Shown: positions 17,233-28,568 of the stretch, in pieces
Layout: each line of letters opens with the position of its first letter
Position numbering within the stretch: position 1 is the stretch's first letter
Source of the DNA: a virus
Taxonomy: Duplodnaviria > Caudoviricetes
IMG/VR virus record: IMGVR_UViG_3300036670_000273
Coordinates: 1-63,994 of that record
DNA: 63,994 nucleotides
Direction: 5' to 3' (one strand)
Notes under the pieces: generated by a model
The model's database searches: none
What the model was told of the DNA's origin: nothing
What the model saw: only the letters and a program-made list of their open reading frames with translations
Position numbers and translations under genes: made by a program

Positions 17233-20200
17233 TTATTTTTTAATTATAGTTATACTAAATCCATATGAATTAGAAAAACCACCCCTTTTATTATATATTA
17301 GACTTAAATCAAATAGATTTGTATTAAGAGTTTTTGTTGAAATATTTTGATCAACTATTAAATTTTCGCTAAGTTTTTTATTATTAGTTAACTCTGCTGT
17401 TGTATATATATCATCGATAATATCACGGCTTTGTTTTGTATAAAAAACAACAGATTCTATCTTGTATAAACTAAGTATGTTTTGTTCGATGTAAGAATTA
17501 ACGTCATCATCTAGTGTATCAGTATTTCCAAAACTAAATTTAGTATTAACATATTTTTCAAATATTGGCTTTATAAAATCAAACAAATGTTCTATTAATC
17601 TTTTTTGTATTAATAAATAAAATATAACAGATGATGAAACATCATCATACATAAACGTTCCATCTATCAAAGAAGTATCTTTAATTGCACCTTTATTAAA
17701 TACTGAAGGTTTAAATGTTTCTAGCATAATATGTTGTGGTACTTTTAAATACTTAGACGCAAAGAAAGCCTTTTTTTCTTTCATTGATCTTGTACCTATT
17801 ATTGATTGTATTTTAGATTTATCAATACTTTTTGTAAAATAACCAGGTTCCCAATTAGATGAAAAAATATAATAATTTTTAAAATCAATGCCAACTTCAT
17901 TAATGAGCGGGTATAAACTTAAAAATGCTCGGTTTGTTGATAGTTCTAAAACTGATGAAGGATCTTCTTCATTTACTTTATGATAAAAATAGTTTTTAAG
18001 CAGTCCGAAATTTTGGTGATTGCTATTAAATTGCGTATTTTTATATCTACATAGATTAAATACTTTAAACTTATAAACATCGTCTGGATCTATTTCTCCG
18101 GTATTAGATGTTATACTAAAATCTAAATCAGCATTATAGCTATCACTAAACATTAAATCTACATAAGGGTCCTTAAAAAATATAATATCTTTAGCTAAAG
18201 GTTTATATAAACCTGAATGTCTAGCTATAGGATTAATTCTTGGTTTAGATTGCAATGATAAATCATATCCGATAACTTTAGATAAGTTAAATACAGTAGG
18301 CTTATTTGGATCCGGTAAAATACCAATATAGTTTGATTTAAGAATGTCGTCTTGCGATCTTAATTCTATAACAAACGTTTGCGCTTTACTAGTGTCAGCA
18401 TTAAATACGATGTTTCCATTAATATCAATAGTTTCATATACAATGGATGGGTCACCATTATTAATATCGTTAAAAATATTACCGAAACCAATTTTATTTA
18501 ATGCTGATGTATACTCATTATATCCACCACCTTTAATAAAATATGAAGCTGACTTTAAAGAAATTGAGTCTGGTATTGGAGAAGGTAAAATAAATTCATC
18601 ATTGTTTTTAGTAACAGTTGTAGCATAAAGTTGATTATTTGAAACTATTTTAGAAATTCCTGAAATTCTATAAGTATCCCCATCCACTTCAAATTCAATA
18701 GGATTATACTGACCATTTAAGCCAATTGAAATATCATTAAAAAATGAAGTGGCAATTCCAGATAAATCTTCAGTTCCCTGAATCATTAATTGACCTGTTT
18801 CATTAGATAATGCAGAAGATGCAAAACTTAAAGAGCCTTGCATAATAGAATCTTTATATTCTATCGGACCTTCTATATTACAATTTTCCAATGTTTTTAC
18901 ATTGCTATTTATTGAATATAACAATGTTCTATCTATAGAGTCAGTTGTACTGTTTAAACATTCGCTTTCAAATGAAATAAATATTAACATTACGATAGTT
19001 TTCCACTTTTCATTTTTTATTACTTTAATTTTATTTTTTATTTTTTCTTCACTAGGTACAACCATTACAGAAAATCTATAATCATTAAACTTACCATTCG
19101 CAACATAAGATAATTTTTTTGCATTAAAATTTTGCTTTTCATCACCGGATGATTTTGACTTTGCAATAACTTTAACACCTCTTAAAAAACACTCAGCAAA
19201 ATTTTGTGTATTTCCACCTGAAAATCTACCAAATCTTAATTGGCGATCTATTATATGTACATCGTTATTAACATTAAATCTATCAGTAATAAAATACTCA
19301 TCAAATTTATTAATATCAGTTCTTTGAAATGTACCTGGTACAAATACTTGATTATTAATTAAATTTTGATCAATATTATCAATAGGTTTTTCATTAAAAT
19401 AACTCCATGAACTTTTTATTGCATCTGAATCAAAATACTCAGGAAATTTACATAAATAATACCACTCATGTGTAAATGCTTCTGCTGATCTATTCAAATC
19501 CCATTTTGATGGTGCGAAATTATTAAGACCAAATGCAAGATTAAGATTAAGTCTATATGGGTTATTTCTAACATCAGTACCATCATCGTACCATACCCAT
19601 TTATTTATGTACGGTATTATTCTTGAAGCAACCGCTTGTTCCTTTAAAAAGTTTTCTTCTAATCTCTGATATTCCGACAATATATTAATATCAAATGTTA
19701 CATCAGGATCTGCCTCTTTTAACAATCCAATTAAATTAGAAAATCCGCCATTATTATAAAAATTTTCAATATCAGGCCATCCGCTAACGCCATTATTATT
19801 TGATACATTTTTATTATAATAAGCATTCTCAAAATTAAGTTCTCCTAACTTACTGTACATTTCACTATAAAAATCAAAATCAAAATCTTTAATTGGATAA
19901 AACGAAAATCTACCAAATGATGGTTTAAATTCAGCATATAATGCAACTTGACCTAATCTAGTAATTTCAATTTGATTGTCATCTAACGAAATTACAACAT
20001 ACTTGTCAACATCTCTAATCTTAATTTGAGTACCGTTACTACTTACGACAGGTTCATCAATATACGGCGCCCAGTCTATTATTTTTGCAAAACTAGCCTT
20101 AGTTTTTACATACTCTCCTTTTACAAATCGATTTTGGTCGCCTTTTTCAACTAATAATAATGAAAACTCTTTATCAGTTCCACCTACAAAAAATGCAGAT

Positions 20201-21846
20201 TCATTTAAACTACTTGTTATTGGATATGTTATTAAGCTATCAACAAGCTCAGGGTATTCAATCCAACTAATGCTAAACTTTAATTGATTAAACCTAGTTC
20301 CGCTCAGTCTTGATTGTAGATATACAGTATTCTTGTCTATTAAAGATTTAAAAATTATAGTTTCTTCATTAATGCCAAATTTAATTGCTTTGTTTATTGC
20401 ATATGCAATTTCTTGTGTTGTACCCTTTGGATTAAAAAAGCTTTCAAATGAAGTACCAGGGCCGGCTGTTAATGATTCATTTGCTGTTATTATTGCTGTT
20501 TGAATATTGCCATTAAAAAATGTAATTGTTATTCCGTCAGGCAACTCTGCATTAACCGTAATTGACGCACTTGCTCTACCTAATCTTTTTAATATTTGTG
20601 CATTTGCAAATGTGTCTGGTTTTTCAAATCCTGTAAATGTAGAAACATCAATGTTAGTATCAAATAATCTTATTTCGTTTTTATTCCAATACGATCCTTT
20701 TTTTACTGTATGAAATTGTTCAGTTTTATCTTTTACGTAAAAAATAGACTCCACTTCGCTAACTCTTTTATGAGTAGGTATTCCTGTATCTGTTACAATT
20801 GATGGCTCATCTATATATAAAAGAACACCTCTACTATTATTTATATGAAGTGGTTTATTTAGAAATTTTGATACTTCAGTAATTGTTTTTATTTTAGGTA
20901 ACTGTGTTTTTTCAATATTGCTATAAAAGCCATCTCCTGATATTTTAAAAGAACCTTCATTAACATCATTAACATATAAACCAAAATAACGATTAATTGA
21001 ATAATCTTCAGAATTATTATCAGAAAACAAAAATTCTAAATTAATTAAATTTGCTGATAAAATGCCATTTCTTTGAAATCCTTGCGTAAAAAAATACTCA
21101 TTTTGTAATATTGTTGCATCTTTTGTAATTAAAGAGTCATATGAATAACTACCGCTTGATGTAAACCCTCCTTTTGCATAAGATATACCATTCCATAAAA
21201 TAGGTTCGTCCTTTCTCCATGTTGTCGTAAGCGGCGCTTTAGGAAACGCGTCTTGATTAACATATCTCCTAATATAAGAACCTAATTTTGTTTTTTCTGT
21301 TAAATCAAATGTTTTAATAGCAGTACAATTTTGTAAAACAAACTCATTAAATTTATCTGATGTTTGCGCAAAATCTGTTCCACTATTTGGTGCTATTGTA
21401 TTAACATTGTTTACAGACAATGGGTCATTCATTTTAAATACAACAAAGTAGTTTGGTATTTGTTCATTTAGCCATATTGGTGATAACATTCCGATATCTT
21501 CACTGTATGACGTTGACGAAAGAGACCTGGCACCAGCCGAGTAAAACATTTCGTATTGATTACTGTACGATGATAATACTGAAGTATCTTCAAATTCTTG
21601 AAAAACTTCATATGCCAAATCAGTTGGTACTGTTCCTTTTTTAAAAAACTTATGCACATCCTGATCGTATGTTAACGTACCATCAATTTTAAATGCTTTA
21701 AATGAAGATGACGATAATATATTATTTGCACTAAAAGACTCTAAATAAATCTCGTTACCATTTGTAAGAAGTTTTACATTACCAGTTAGTTTAGGATTAG
21801 TACGTACAAGACTATATGATGCTTTATCAAGTATTTGTTCGGCCAT
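17233..21846 (-). CDS. Large virion structural protein (baseplate/tail associated)
   Basis: 1537-aa ORF in tail module; AATAAATA box at 21864-21871 upstream. Confidence 0.6.
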   Translation of the reverse strand: MAEQILDKASYSLVRTNPKLTGNVKLLTNGNEIYLESFSANNILSSSSFKAFKIDGTLTYDQDVHKFFKKGTVPTDLAYEVFQEFEDTSVLSSYSNQYEMFYSAGARSLSSTSYSEDIGMLSPIWLNEQIPNYFVVFKMNDPLSVNNVNTIAPNSGTDFAQTSDKFNEFVLQNCTAIKTFDLTEKTKLGSYIRRYVNQDAFPKAPLTTTWRKDEPILWNGISYAKGGFTSSGSYSYDSLITKDATILQNEYFFTQGFQRNGILSANLINLEFLFSDNNSEDYSINRYFGLYVNDVNEGSFKISGDGFYSNIEKTQLPKIKTITEVSKFLNKPLHINNSRGVLLYIDEPSIVTDTGIPTHKRVSEVESIFYVKDKTEQFHTVKKGSYWNKNEIRLFDTNIDVSTFTGFEKPDTFANAQILKRLGRASASITVNAELPDGITITFFNGNIQTAIITANESLTAGPGTSFESFFNPKGTTQEIAYAINKAIKFGINEETIIFKSLIDKNTVYLQSRLSGTRFNQLKFSISWIEYPELVDSLITYPITSSLNESAFFVGGTDKEFSLLLVEKGDQNRFVKGEYVKTKASFAKIIDWAPYIDEPVVSSNGTQIKIRDVDKYVVISLDDNQIEITRLGQVALYAEFKPSFGRFSFYPIKDFDFDFYSEMYSKLGELNFENAYYNKNVSNNNGVSGWPDIENFYNNGGFSNLIGLLKEADPDVTFDINILSEYQRLEENFLKEQAVASRIIPYINKWVWYDDGTDVRNNPYRLNLNLAFGLNNFAPSKWDLNRSAEAFTHEWYYLCKFPEYFDSDAIKSSWSYFNEKPIDNIDQNLINNQVFVPGTFQRTDINKFDEYFITDRFNVNNDVHIIDRQLRFGRFSGGNTQNFAECFLRGVKVIAKSKSSGDEKQNFNAKKLSYVANGKFNDYRFSVMVVPSEEKIKNKIKVIKNEKWKTIVMLIFISFESECLNSTTDSIDRTLLYSINSNVKTLENCNIEGPIEYKDSIMQGSLSFASSALSNETGQLMIQGTEDLSGIATSFFNDISIGLNGQYNPIEFEVDGDTYRISGISKIVSNNQLYATTVTKNNDEFILPSPIPDSISLKSASYFIKGGGYNEYTSALNKIGFGNIFNDINNGDPSIVYETIDINGNIVFNADTSKAQTFVIELRSQDDILKSNYIGILPDPNKPTVFNLSKVIGYDLSLQSKPRINPIARHSGLYKPLAKDIIFFKDPYVDLMFSDSYNADLDFSITSNTGEIDPDDVYKFKVFNLCRYKNTQFNSNHQNFGLLKNYFYHKVNEEDPSSVLELSTNRAFLSLYPLINEVGIDFKNYYIFSSNWEPGYFTKSIDKSKIQSIIGTRSMKEKKAFFASKYLKVPQHIMLETFKPSVFNKGAIKDTSLIDGTFMYDDVSSSVIFYLLIQKRLIEHLFDFIKPIFEKYVNTKFSFGNTDTLDDDVNSYIEQNILSLYKIESVVFYTKQSRDIIDDIYTTAELTNNKKLSENLIVDQNISTKTLNTNLFDLSLIYNKRGGFSNSYGFSITIIKK

Positions 21847-21914
21847 TTAATTTTTACTTTTTTTATTTATTCATTACACTTTATGAATAATTTAAAGTTT
21901 CAGACAATGTCATA

Positions 21915-24900
21915 TTATCTGAAAAACCCTGAGGGGTTTCCATTATCACCGCCACTAGCATTACCTGTGTTTATTGAAGGGCGAGTAACTCTAGTTTGTG
22001 TTAAATTAGGCCTTAAACTACTTATAACTTTTTCAAGATCACCTAGTCCTCTTGTAACTGTAGCTGCTGGAAATACATCAATATTAAGATTATCTGATTT
22101 AAATTTAGCAAAAAATTCAATATCATATTGAAACACGTTATCGCTGTTCGGCCATATATCAAATCCAATTTTCTTAGCATACGTTAAGTTTGTAGTTGCA
22201 TTTAGCAGATCTCCAATAATATTACCAATACCGCCAGATGATCCACTTCCTATCCCATAATAATCAGTCATTCTATATTGAAAAACTATAGGTATATTAA
22301 TTGAATTTGTACCACCAAATTGTATAATTTTGTTTGATTGAATCGAATCACCATTAGACTGTAAAAATTGATGATCATCAGCAGACATAAACAAATAAGA
22401 TCCACATGATTCTTTGCCTAATAAATATTGATCAAATGATTCAAACGAAGTTTTAGTATTCCTAGAGTACTCAACATTGCTTAACTCATCTATAAACATT
22501 AAAGAAGGGCTTGCTTGCAATTCCTGACTGTTATTAAATGTAATTGGATTTGCTGTTGCAAGATCATTTAACTTTACTATATTTTCATTTAAATAAATTG
22601 ATTGTTGTTTACCTTTAAATTGATCGGAAAGAAGAGGTATAAATTTAGAGTGTCTAAACATTACTCTTGCTGTGCCATTTCCACCAGCAGTACAATCAAG
22701 CGGAGCTGTTAATGTAATTGGTAAAGTTGTATCATCCCCAGTTAAAGAAACATATGCATTGCGATACGCAGCATAAGATGCAACCAATGGGTGTGTAATG
22801 TGAATTTCAATAGACTCATCCCCTTGTATACTATCATAGTTAGCTGCAGTTGTTGGCAAACCATTAGCAGTAAAAGCACCACCCCAAATAAATTCACCAG
22901 TTGTTATGGTAAGAGAAGCTGACAATTTTTCAAAAGAATTTTCGCAAGTATCTAAATTAAATGTAAATTCATCGTCTATATTTATATAATTATAAAAACT
23001 TTCTTCAGATGACACATCTTTATATCTTGCATATATAAATTGATTTTTATTTTGTGTAGATTGATATGGAGCTAATGATGTAATTTGTCCAAATTTGTTA
23101 ATAGAATTAACTGATGGGTTTGTTAATAGAACAGGCGTTAAATCATATTTACGAATAGTGTTATAATCACTATCGTTTGCGAGATAAGTAGGTCTACCGT
23201 CACTCTGATTTAATGAACTATTGTTTAACCATGAATATGTTGCAGGCAATATCACAGTTCCATTTTCAACTTCACCAGCAGAATAACCTGGATTTTCTGA
23301 CTGTTTTGTCATTCTTGTTCGAGTTCCTGATATTCTTGAAACTAATGCTAATGCCGTTTGCTGACTATTTGCAATATTAATAAAGAAAGTTTTACTTACA
23401 ATTGCACCTCTTTGATCGTCTAATGATTTTACTTCATTGAAGTAAAATCCAGCAAAAACTTTTGTTGTAGAATTACGGTTAAGATTAATAACATTTCCTT
23501 GATCATCTACTAAAGTAACACTTAATTCACCTTGCGCGTTTTGTAGCAATTGTCCAAACTCGCTAAGTTTTGCTTGCATTTCTATTAATTTACTAAATAA
23601 ATCAATAGGTGTTTGATTTTCTGATAAAAAACCAGATGAAATTGCCTGTGCAGAGTGCGCGTAGTATTTTTCATTAGATGTAAAAGAGCTACTTAAATGC
23701 TCATCAATACCTTTAGCATTTAAAGTTTCTTGTAAGCTAACTTTTGCTAAGTCTTGTTTATTTTGAGATAATATTGATTCTATTGCATTGTCAGAACTTA
23801 AATCTGCTGGAAACACTATTCTAATAGGTGAAGACCACTCACTTTCCAGCGGGTTTGATGGCCAACCTGCTTCTGAAATTGACTTTACTTGAACTTCAAC
23901 TATTTCACCCTTTCGTATTGCAATGTCAAGCTGATTAATATTTATCGCATCTGCATTGTTGTTATCTATTGATGCCCACTCATATACATTAGTAATTGCA
24001 TTTTTTACTCTAGTTCTTAATACGCTTTCTATTATTTCATAATTTGAAAAGGCACCTTGGCTATTAGACCCACCATCAGTAAATGTAAATTGATCAATTG
24101 GATTTGCTGCGCCATCTTGAGATAAATACCGATATCTTATTTTATACTTAATGATTGACTGCGATCCTGTACTTGGCGTAGATTTTTCTTGAGGCATTGA
24201 CCAAAAACCTCTAGCTCTATACTTAGGAGTAATACTCGCAACAGAATTATCTTTACTTTTTGCATCAATTTCTTTAACTAATGAAGAATATAATTCAGCT
24301 TGAGAACTTCTTTCTGTGATTAATCCTTGTATTGCGTTTTTATCAGCATCTCGCTCAACTTCATTTGCATAATTAGTTGTTTGTATTTTAGTTCTATTTT
24401 GAAATATTGAAGTGTTTAATTCTTTAAGTGTAGCATCTAATGTATTTTTTTGATTACTAAGATCTTGCAATTCAACTATTGCATTTGCATTTGCTACTTG
24501 TCCATTTACTAACTTTACTTTAAAATTGGAAGATTCTAAAACAGGTTCATTTGGTATAAGTCCTTCTCGACTTGTCGGTATTTTATCAGCAGCAAATGAT
24601 AATAAAAACTTACCAAAATCAACTGCGTTTTTTTGATAATATTCTGACAAATTTTGCAGAGTACCATCTTCAGCTATAGTTGTTAAATTATTTGTATAAA
24701 AACCAGCACCCGGAGACCAGTTAACTGCGGGTATTTTTGAATTAGGATCAATTGGCTTAACAAAAGTAACACATCTTTCATTAAATCCAACAGTTACATC
24801 AACTTGAACACTATTATTAAGAGTAGAACCTATTTTTAAAATATCCGCCCCAATCTGTATCGGCATTGTACCTTCAACAATATCAAGAATAACAGTGTTA

Positions 24901-25754
24901 GTGCTTGAGTCTACGCTTTTAATAACATATCTAGTGTTTATAGTATCGGCTAATACCTCTAAGCTATCACCAATTTTTAATTGTACAGTGTCATCAAAAT
25001 CAGCCTCAGAGTCAGTATAAAAAAGTTTATTAAGTTTGTACTGCTTTTTCTTGGATGTTACTGAAATTCCGTTAATTTCTTCAGTAAAATCAATATTAGC
25101 AATTCTATTAATACTGAACTTCCCACCGTATCTTTTTGATCTAGGTGGCAAATCAACAACAGCTTCATCTAAAACATAAGAAATATTTCTTTCAACTATT
25201 TGTTGCAAGAACATTAAATAATCAATGTTAGACTTTCCATTAAAATTATTTTCAAAAAATTGAATTTTTGCTTGTGTATTTGTATCTAAAATATACCTTT
25301 GCACTATTGCTCTTTCTGTATCAATAGGTACTTGATTTGTTAAATCAAATGAAATGTATAAAAGAGGATTAATAAGATCCTCAAAGAACCAATTTGGTTT
25401 TATACTAAACTCATTAACAGAGTTAATAGATGTTACATCAGGTGCTTCTGTTGGTATTTTAGCTAACACTAGCTTTCTAAAAGTACCATCAGCTAATCTA
25501 ATTGAGCTGCCACCGCCATTAACATTAGTAATAGTATTTATGTTTTCTTGTAATCTATCTATAGAATTTTTTAAAAAACCAAAAGATGGAATAGTAACTC
25601 GAGAATTTGTACCATCATCATTTTGGATGTTAATTGTAACTGACTCTCTGTTAGATGTTATTGCTTGATTAACTTTTTCAAAACCTTCTAATGAGTTATT
25701 AAAAAGTCTTAATAGTTCGGGCAACATTGTTGATAGTGAATTATTTTCAGTCAT
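21915..25754 (-). CDS. Large virion structural protein (coiled coil plus FN3-like segment)
   Basis: 1279 aa; VEVQVKSISEAGWPSNPLESEWS resembles the end of an FN3 domain; central coiled coil. Confidence 0.6.
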   Translation of the reverse strand: MTENNSLSTMLPELLRLFNNSLEGFEKVNQAITSNRESVTINIQNDDGTNSRVTIPSFGFLKNSIDRLQENINTITNVNGGGSSIRLADGTFRKLVLAKIPTEAPDVTSINSVNEFSIKPNWFFEDLINPLLYISFDLTNQVPIDTERAIVQRYILDTNTQAKIQFFENNFNGKSNIDYLMFLQQIVERNISYVLDEAVVDLPPRSKRYGGKFSINRIANIDFTEEINGISVTSKKKQYKLNKLFYTDSEADFDDTVQLKIGDSLEVLADTINTRYVIKSVDSSTNTVILDIVEGTMPIQIGADILKIGSTLNNSVQVDVTVGFNERCVTFVKPIDPNSKIPAVNWSPGAGFYTNNLTTIAEDGTLQNLSEYYQKNAVDFGKFLLSFAADKIPTSREGLIPNEPVLESSNFKVKLVNGQVANANAIVELQDLSNQKNTLDATLKELNTSIFQNRTKIQTTNYANEVERDADKNAIQGLITERSSQAELYSSLVKEIDAKSKDNSVASITPKYRARGFWSMPQEKSTPSTGSQSIIKYKIRYRYLSQDGAANPIDQFTFTDGGSNSQGAFSNYEIIESVLRTRVKNAITNVYEWASIDNNNADAININQLDIAIRKGEIVEVQVKSISEAGWPSNPLESEWSSPIRIVFPADLSSDNAIESILSQNKQDLAKVSLQETLNAKGIDEHLSSSFTSNEKYYAHSAQAISSGFLSENQTPIDLFSKLIEMQAKLSEFGQLLQNAQGELSVTLVDDQGNVINLNRNSTTKVFAGFYFNEVKSLDDQRGAIVSKTFFINIANSQQTALALVSRISGTRTRMTKQSENPGYSAGEVENGTVILPATYSWLNNSSLNQSDGRPTYLANDSDYNTIRKYDLTPVLLTNPSVNSINKFGQITSLAPYQSTQNKNQFIYARYKDVSSEESFYNYINIDDEFTFNLDTCENSFEKLSASLTITTGEFIWGGAFTANGLPTTAANYDSIQGDESIEIHITHPLVASYAAYRNAYVSLTGDDTTLPITLTAPLDCTAGGNGTARVMFRHSKFIPLLSDQFKGKQQSIYLNENIVKLNDLATANPITFNNSQELQASPSLMFIDELSNVEYSRNTKTSFESFDQYLLGKESCGSYLFMSADDHQFLQSNGDSIQSNKIIQFGGTNSINIPIVFQYRMTDYYGIGSGSSGGIGNIIGDLLNATTNLTYAKKIGFDIWPNSDNVFQYDIEFFAKFKSDNLNIDVFPAATVTRGLGDLEKVISSLRPNLTQTRVTRPSINTGNASGGDNGNPSGFFR

Positions 25755-25771
25755 TTATTTGAACACTTTTA

Positions 25772-27886
25772 TTATTTAATAATATCATAAACAAAACTTA
25801 TTACACCTTGTTCGGTGCATATCAATTCAATGATAGGTGTTGAGCTTATTTTTATATTTGGTATTGTAGCTATATTTATGCCGTACACACCTTGATTAAG
25901 TCTATTTAAAGAATCTGTGAAAATCTTTATATTATAAGATCCTATTAAAAGATCATTATTAAACACTAATCTCATAGTCTGTCCTTTTTTCCACTGTGTT
26001 GAACTATCATCTATGTATATACTCAAATCTCCATTTGCAGTATTAATAGTGTCAATTCTTAACATATTTGTAAAGGGTAAAAGATAAGTAAACACTTGTG
26101 GTGTTATTGCACTAAGTTCAACTGGATTAGCAAATGAAATTTCATCGCCATTCTCATCAAACGGTATCATTAATTCATACTGCTGTGTTATCATGTCAAG
26201 TCTAACTTGATTCGGCGTATTTTTATTAAGTGCAATTCCAGGCCCTGATCTAAGTACATCAGCATTATACTGTAATGATATTGATACATTACCGTTTGCC
26301 AATGATTGAATTTCATCAGAATTTTTAGAAATTAAATCCAATAAAGTTGTACTAGAAGACATTGATAGCGATGCATTTTCGAGTTGTTCTTGTACACTAT
26401 TTATTTGTAGTTGTAAAGAATTTACTGTGTTTAATATACTGCTTTTATTTTCTAAATCTTGTATTTTTTGTTCTAATTCACGTACTAAATTTTGTTGCCT
26501 TTGGAATATTTTAACAGATTCCTGTAATTGCGTTGATGCATCAACAAACAACCCCATTGAGAATGTATTATAGTCATTAATTATTGTAGAAACGCCAGAA
26601 GTTCCAGGCGATGCGTCAAATCTTAAATTAATTTTAAAACCATAACTATTTCCATTTTGACCAGTTATTTTATTTGGTTTAAATTTTGGATATCTTTGAA
26701 TAAATCCACCATCTGTTGTTGGGGTAACATTGTCCAACATAAGTAAACCATACAAATTTGATGTAGTATTACCAGGATTGCTTGTATCAACTAAATCATA
26801 ATAAACTAAAACCGAATTAAATTCAAATGTTGAAGCTAAATCTGTCCCATTAAATTGCTGTATTGTTGAAACCGCAGGATTTTGTACAATTTGTTGATAG
26901 TTGTTAGGATTAAAATCAACTGAAATTCCATCTAATCTACTTCTTTTATACGCAACGCCAGTAAACCCACTAGGGCTATTATAATCAGCAGGATATTTTC
27001 TAATATCATCATTTAAAGAATCTTTAAATGTTGTAGGTTCTGTAAAATATGAATCAACTGAAGTTGGTGGCGTTGTCTCACCCATCCAATTCGCTGTAGG
27101 ATCAGTATAACCACCAGGGCCACCGCCTAATAAAGGTTGATCATAGTCATAAAATGCAAAAATATCTAAACCCTGTGGGTGTATAGTATTAACGTTTCTG
27201 CCTTCTATAAATTCGCTGTTTCCAGTGATTTTAAGACCAGGTTGATAGTTATTATCAGTAACAGCATCAAAGAGTACTGTGGGTGTACTACCTGCTTCTG
27301 TCGGTACATTAATGTATAACTCAGTGTATGCTTCGCCACCACTATCAACATTATTTACAATATCGATATCTCCAATATATTTTACTACTTTTCGGTATTG
27401 AATTTGACCGTTGAGTTGTTCATCTTCTTCTACAAAAAGATCATCTGTATTAACATTACTTTTTTCTAAAGATGTGGCTTTTCTAAATCTTATCGCTCCA
27501 GTTTCTTTTAACCATTTAAAAAATACTCGTTCAGCAACAGATTTTTTTTCAGTATTATCATAAGATGGGTTAGATAAAATAGATTGTTCTAAATTTAATG
27601 CATAATTTTGTAAACTCTCAGCCCAATTAACGTTAGGGTCACCTTTTAATCCACCATTTGCAATCATACCATCAATAGTATCAAATTGCATATAGTTTTG
27701 AAAATTACTAAAAGTAGTAGGATCTAGTCTATCAAAATCTGGTATATTAATAAGCACAAACTTAGAAAAGACTAATCTAAGATTCTCATTATTTAGAGTT
27801 TTTGATAAGTCTCTAGCAGCAGATGAAAATGTATAAAACGTTCCTCCATCTGCTTGTGGAGTTTTAATTAAAGGCGTTGTTGCCAT
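25772..27886 (-). CDS. Virion structural protein with coiled coil
   Basis: 704 aa in the tail operon; heptads in the C-terminal half. Confidence 0.6.
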   Translation of the reverse strand: MATTPLIKTPQADGGTFYTFSSAARDLSKTLNNENLRLVFSKFVLINIPDFDRLDPTTFSNFQNYMQFDTIDGMIANGGLKGDPNVNWAESLQNYALNLEQSILSNPSYDNTEKKSVAERVFFKWLKETGAIRFRKATSLEKSNVNTDDLFVEEDEQLNGQIQYRKVVKYIGDIDIVNNVDSGGEAYTELYINVPTEAGSTPTVLFDAVTDNNYQPGLKITGNSEFIEGRNVNTIHPQGLDIFAFYDYDQPLLGGGPGGYTDPTANWMGETTPPTSVDSYFTEPTTFKDSLNDDIRKYPADYNSPSGFTGVAYKRSRLDGISVDFNPNNYQQIVQNPAVSTIQQFNGTDLASTFEFNSVLVYYDLVDTSNPGNTTSNLYGLLMLDNVTPTTDGGFIQRYPKFKPNKITGQNGNSYGFKINLRFDASPGTSGVSTIINDYNTFSMGLFVDASTQLQESVKIFQRQQNLVRELEQKIQDLENKSSILNTVNSLQLQINSVQEQLENASLSMSSSTTLLDLISKNSDEIQSLANGNVSISLQYNADVLRSGPGIALNKNTPNQVRLDMITQQYELMIPFDENGDEISFANPVELSAITPQVFTYLLPFTNMLRIDTINTANGDLSIYIDDSSTQWKKGQTMRLVFNNDLLIGSYNIKIFTDSLNRLNQGVYGINIATIPNIKISSTPIIELICTEQGVISFVYDIIK

Positions 27887-27904
27887 TTATGTTTATTTTT
27901 TTTA

Positions 27905-28543
27905 TTAAGAAATTGTGTATCCGCTGCCACCAACTACATACCATTCACCGTTACCTGTACCATCATCAATACACAATAAGTGAACAGATTTACCCTTTTC
28001 ATCTAATTGAATATTAAGACCACCTTGTACAATAATTGCGTTTATAGCCCCTTTAATATCAACAGTACCTGTTGTTGCATCTGCATAAACAAAAAATATT
28101 TCTTGACCAATTACACCATCGTTAAGTTCAATTGTAAGAGTACCTGTTGTATTATTACTAACGCGTTCAACCGAATATGCTGGACTTGCTGTACTTGTTC
28201 CAACAGCTATTGTCATACTAGGACCGGCAAGAACATCGTTTAATATTTGTGGATCTGTATTATTTCTAATTAAGCCACCATTAAGGTTAATATCACCATT
28301 TATTTTAATAGATGTTAATATATCAAAAATATTTCCATTAATGATAAGCTTTGGTGTAAGTAAACCTACTCTGAATGATTCGGTTTTAACATCAACAAGG
28401 TTATTTAATGTACCAGCGATAGGATTAAAATATATTTCCATTGCATTAATCTCGCTCTCAAGAATGTTAAAATTGTCATTAAGTACGAGTCTTGACCCTG
28501 ATAATGAATCTGTTCCAAGAATTTCTGTTACTGATATAGCCAT
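27905..28543 (-). CDS. Short fibre/baseplate appendage protein
   Basis: N-terminus TDSLSGSRLVLNDNF parallels the 786-aa fibre N-terminus; C-terminal beta-sandwich ending EWYVVG. Confidence 0.6.
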   Translation of the reverse strand: MAISVTEILGTDSLSGSRLVLNDNFNILESEINAMEIYFNPIAGTLNNLVDVKTESFRVGLLTPKLIINGNIFDILTSIKINGDINLNGGLIRNNTDPQILNDVLAGPSMTIAVGTSTASPAYSVERVSNNTTGTLTIELNDGVIGQEIFFVYADATTGTVDIKGAINAIIVQGGLNIQLDEKGKSVHLLCIDDGTGNGEWYVVGGSGYTIS

Positions 28544-28568
28544 GTTTTGATTTTTATTTTTTAATTAG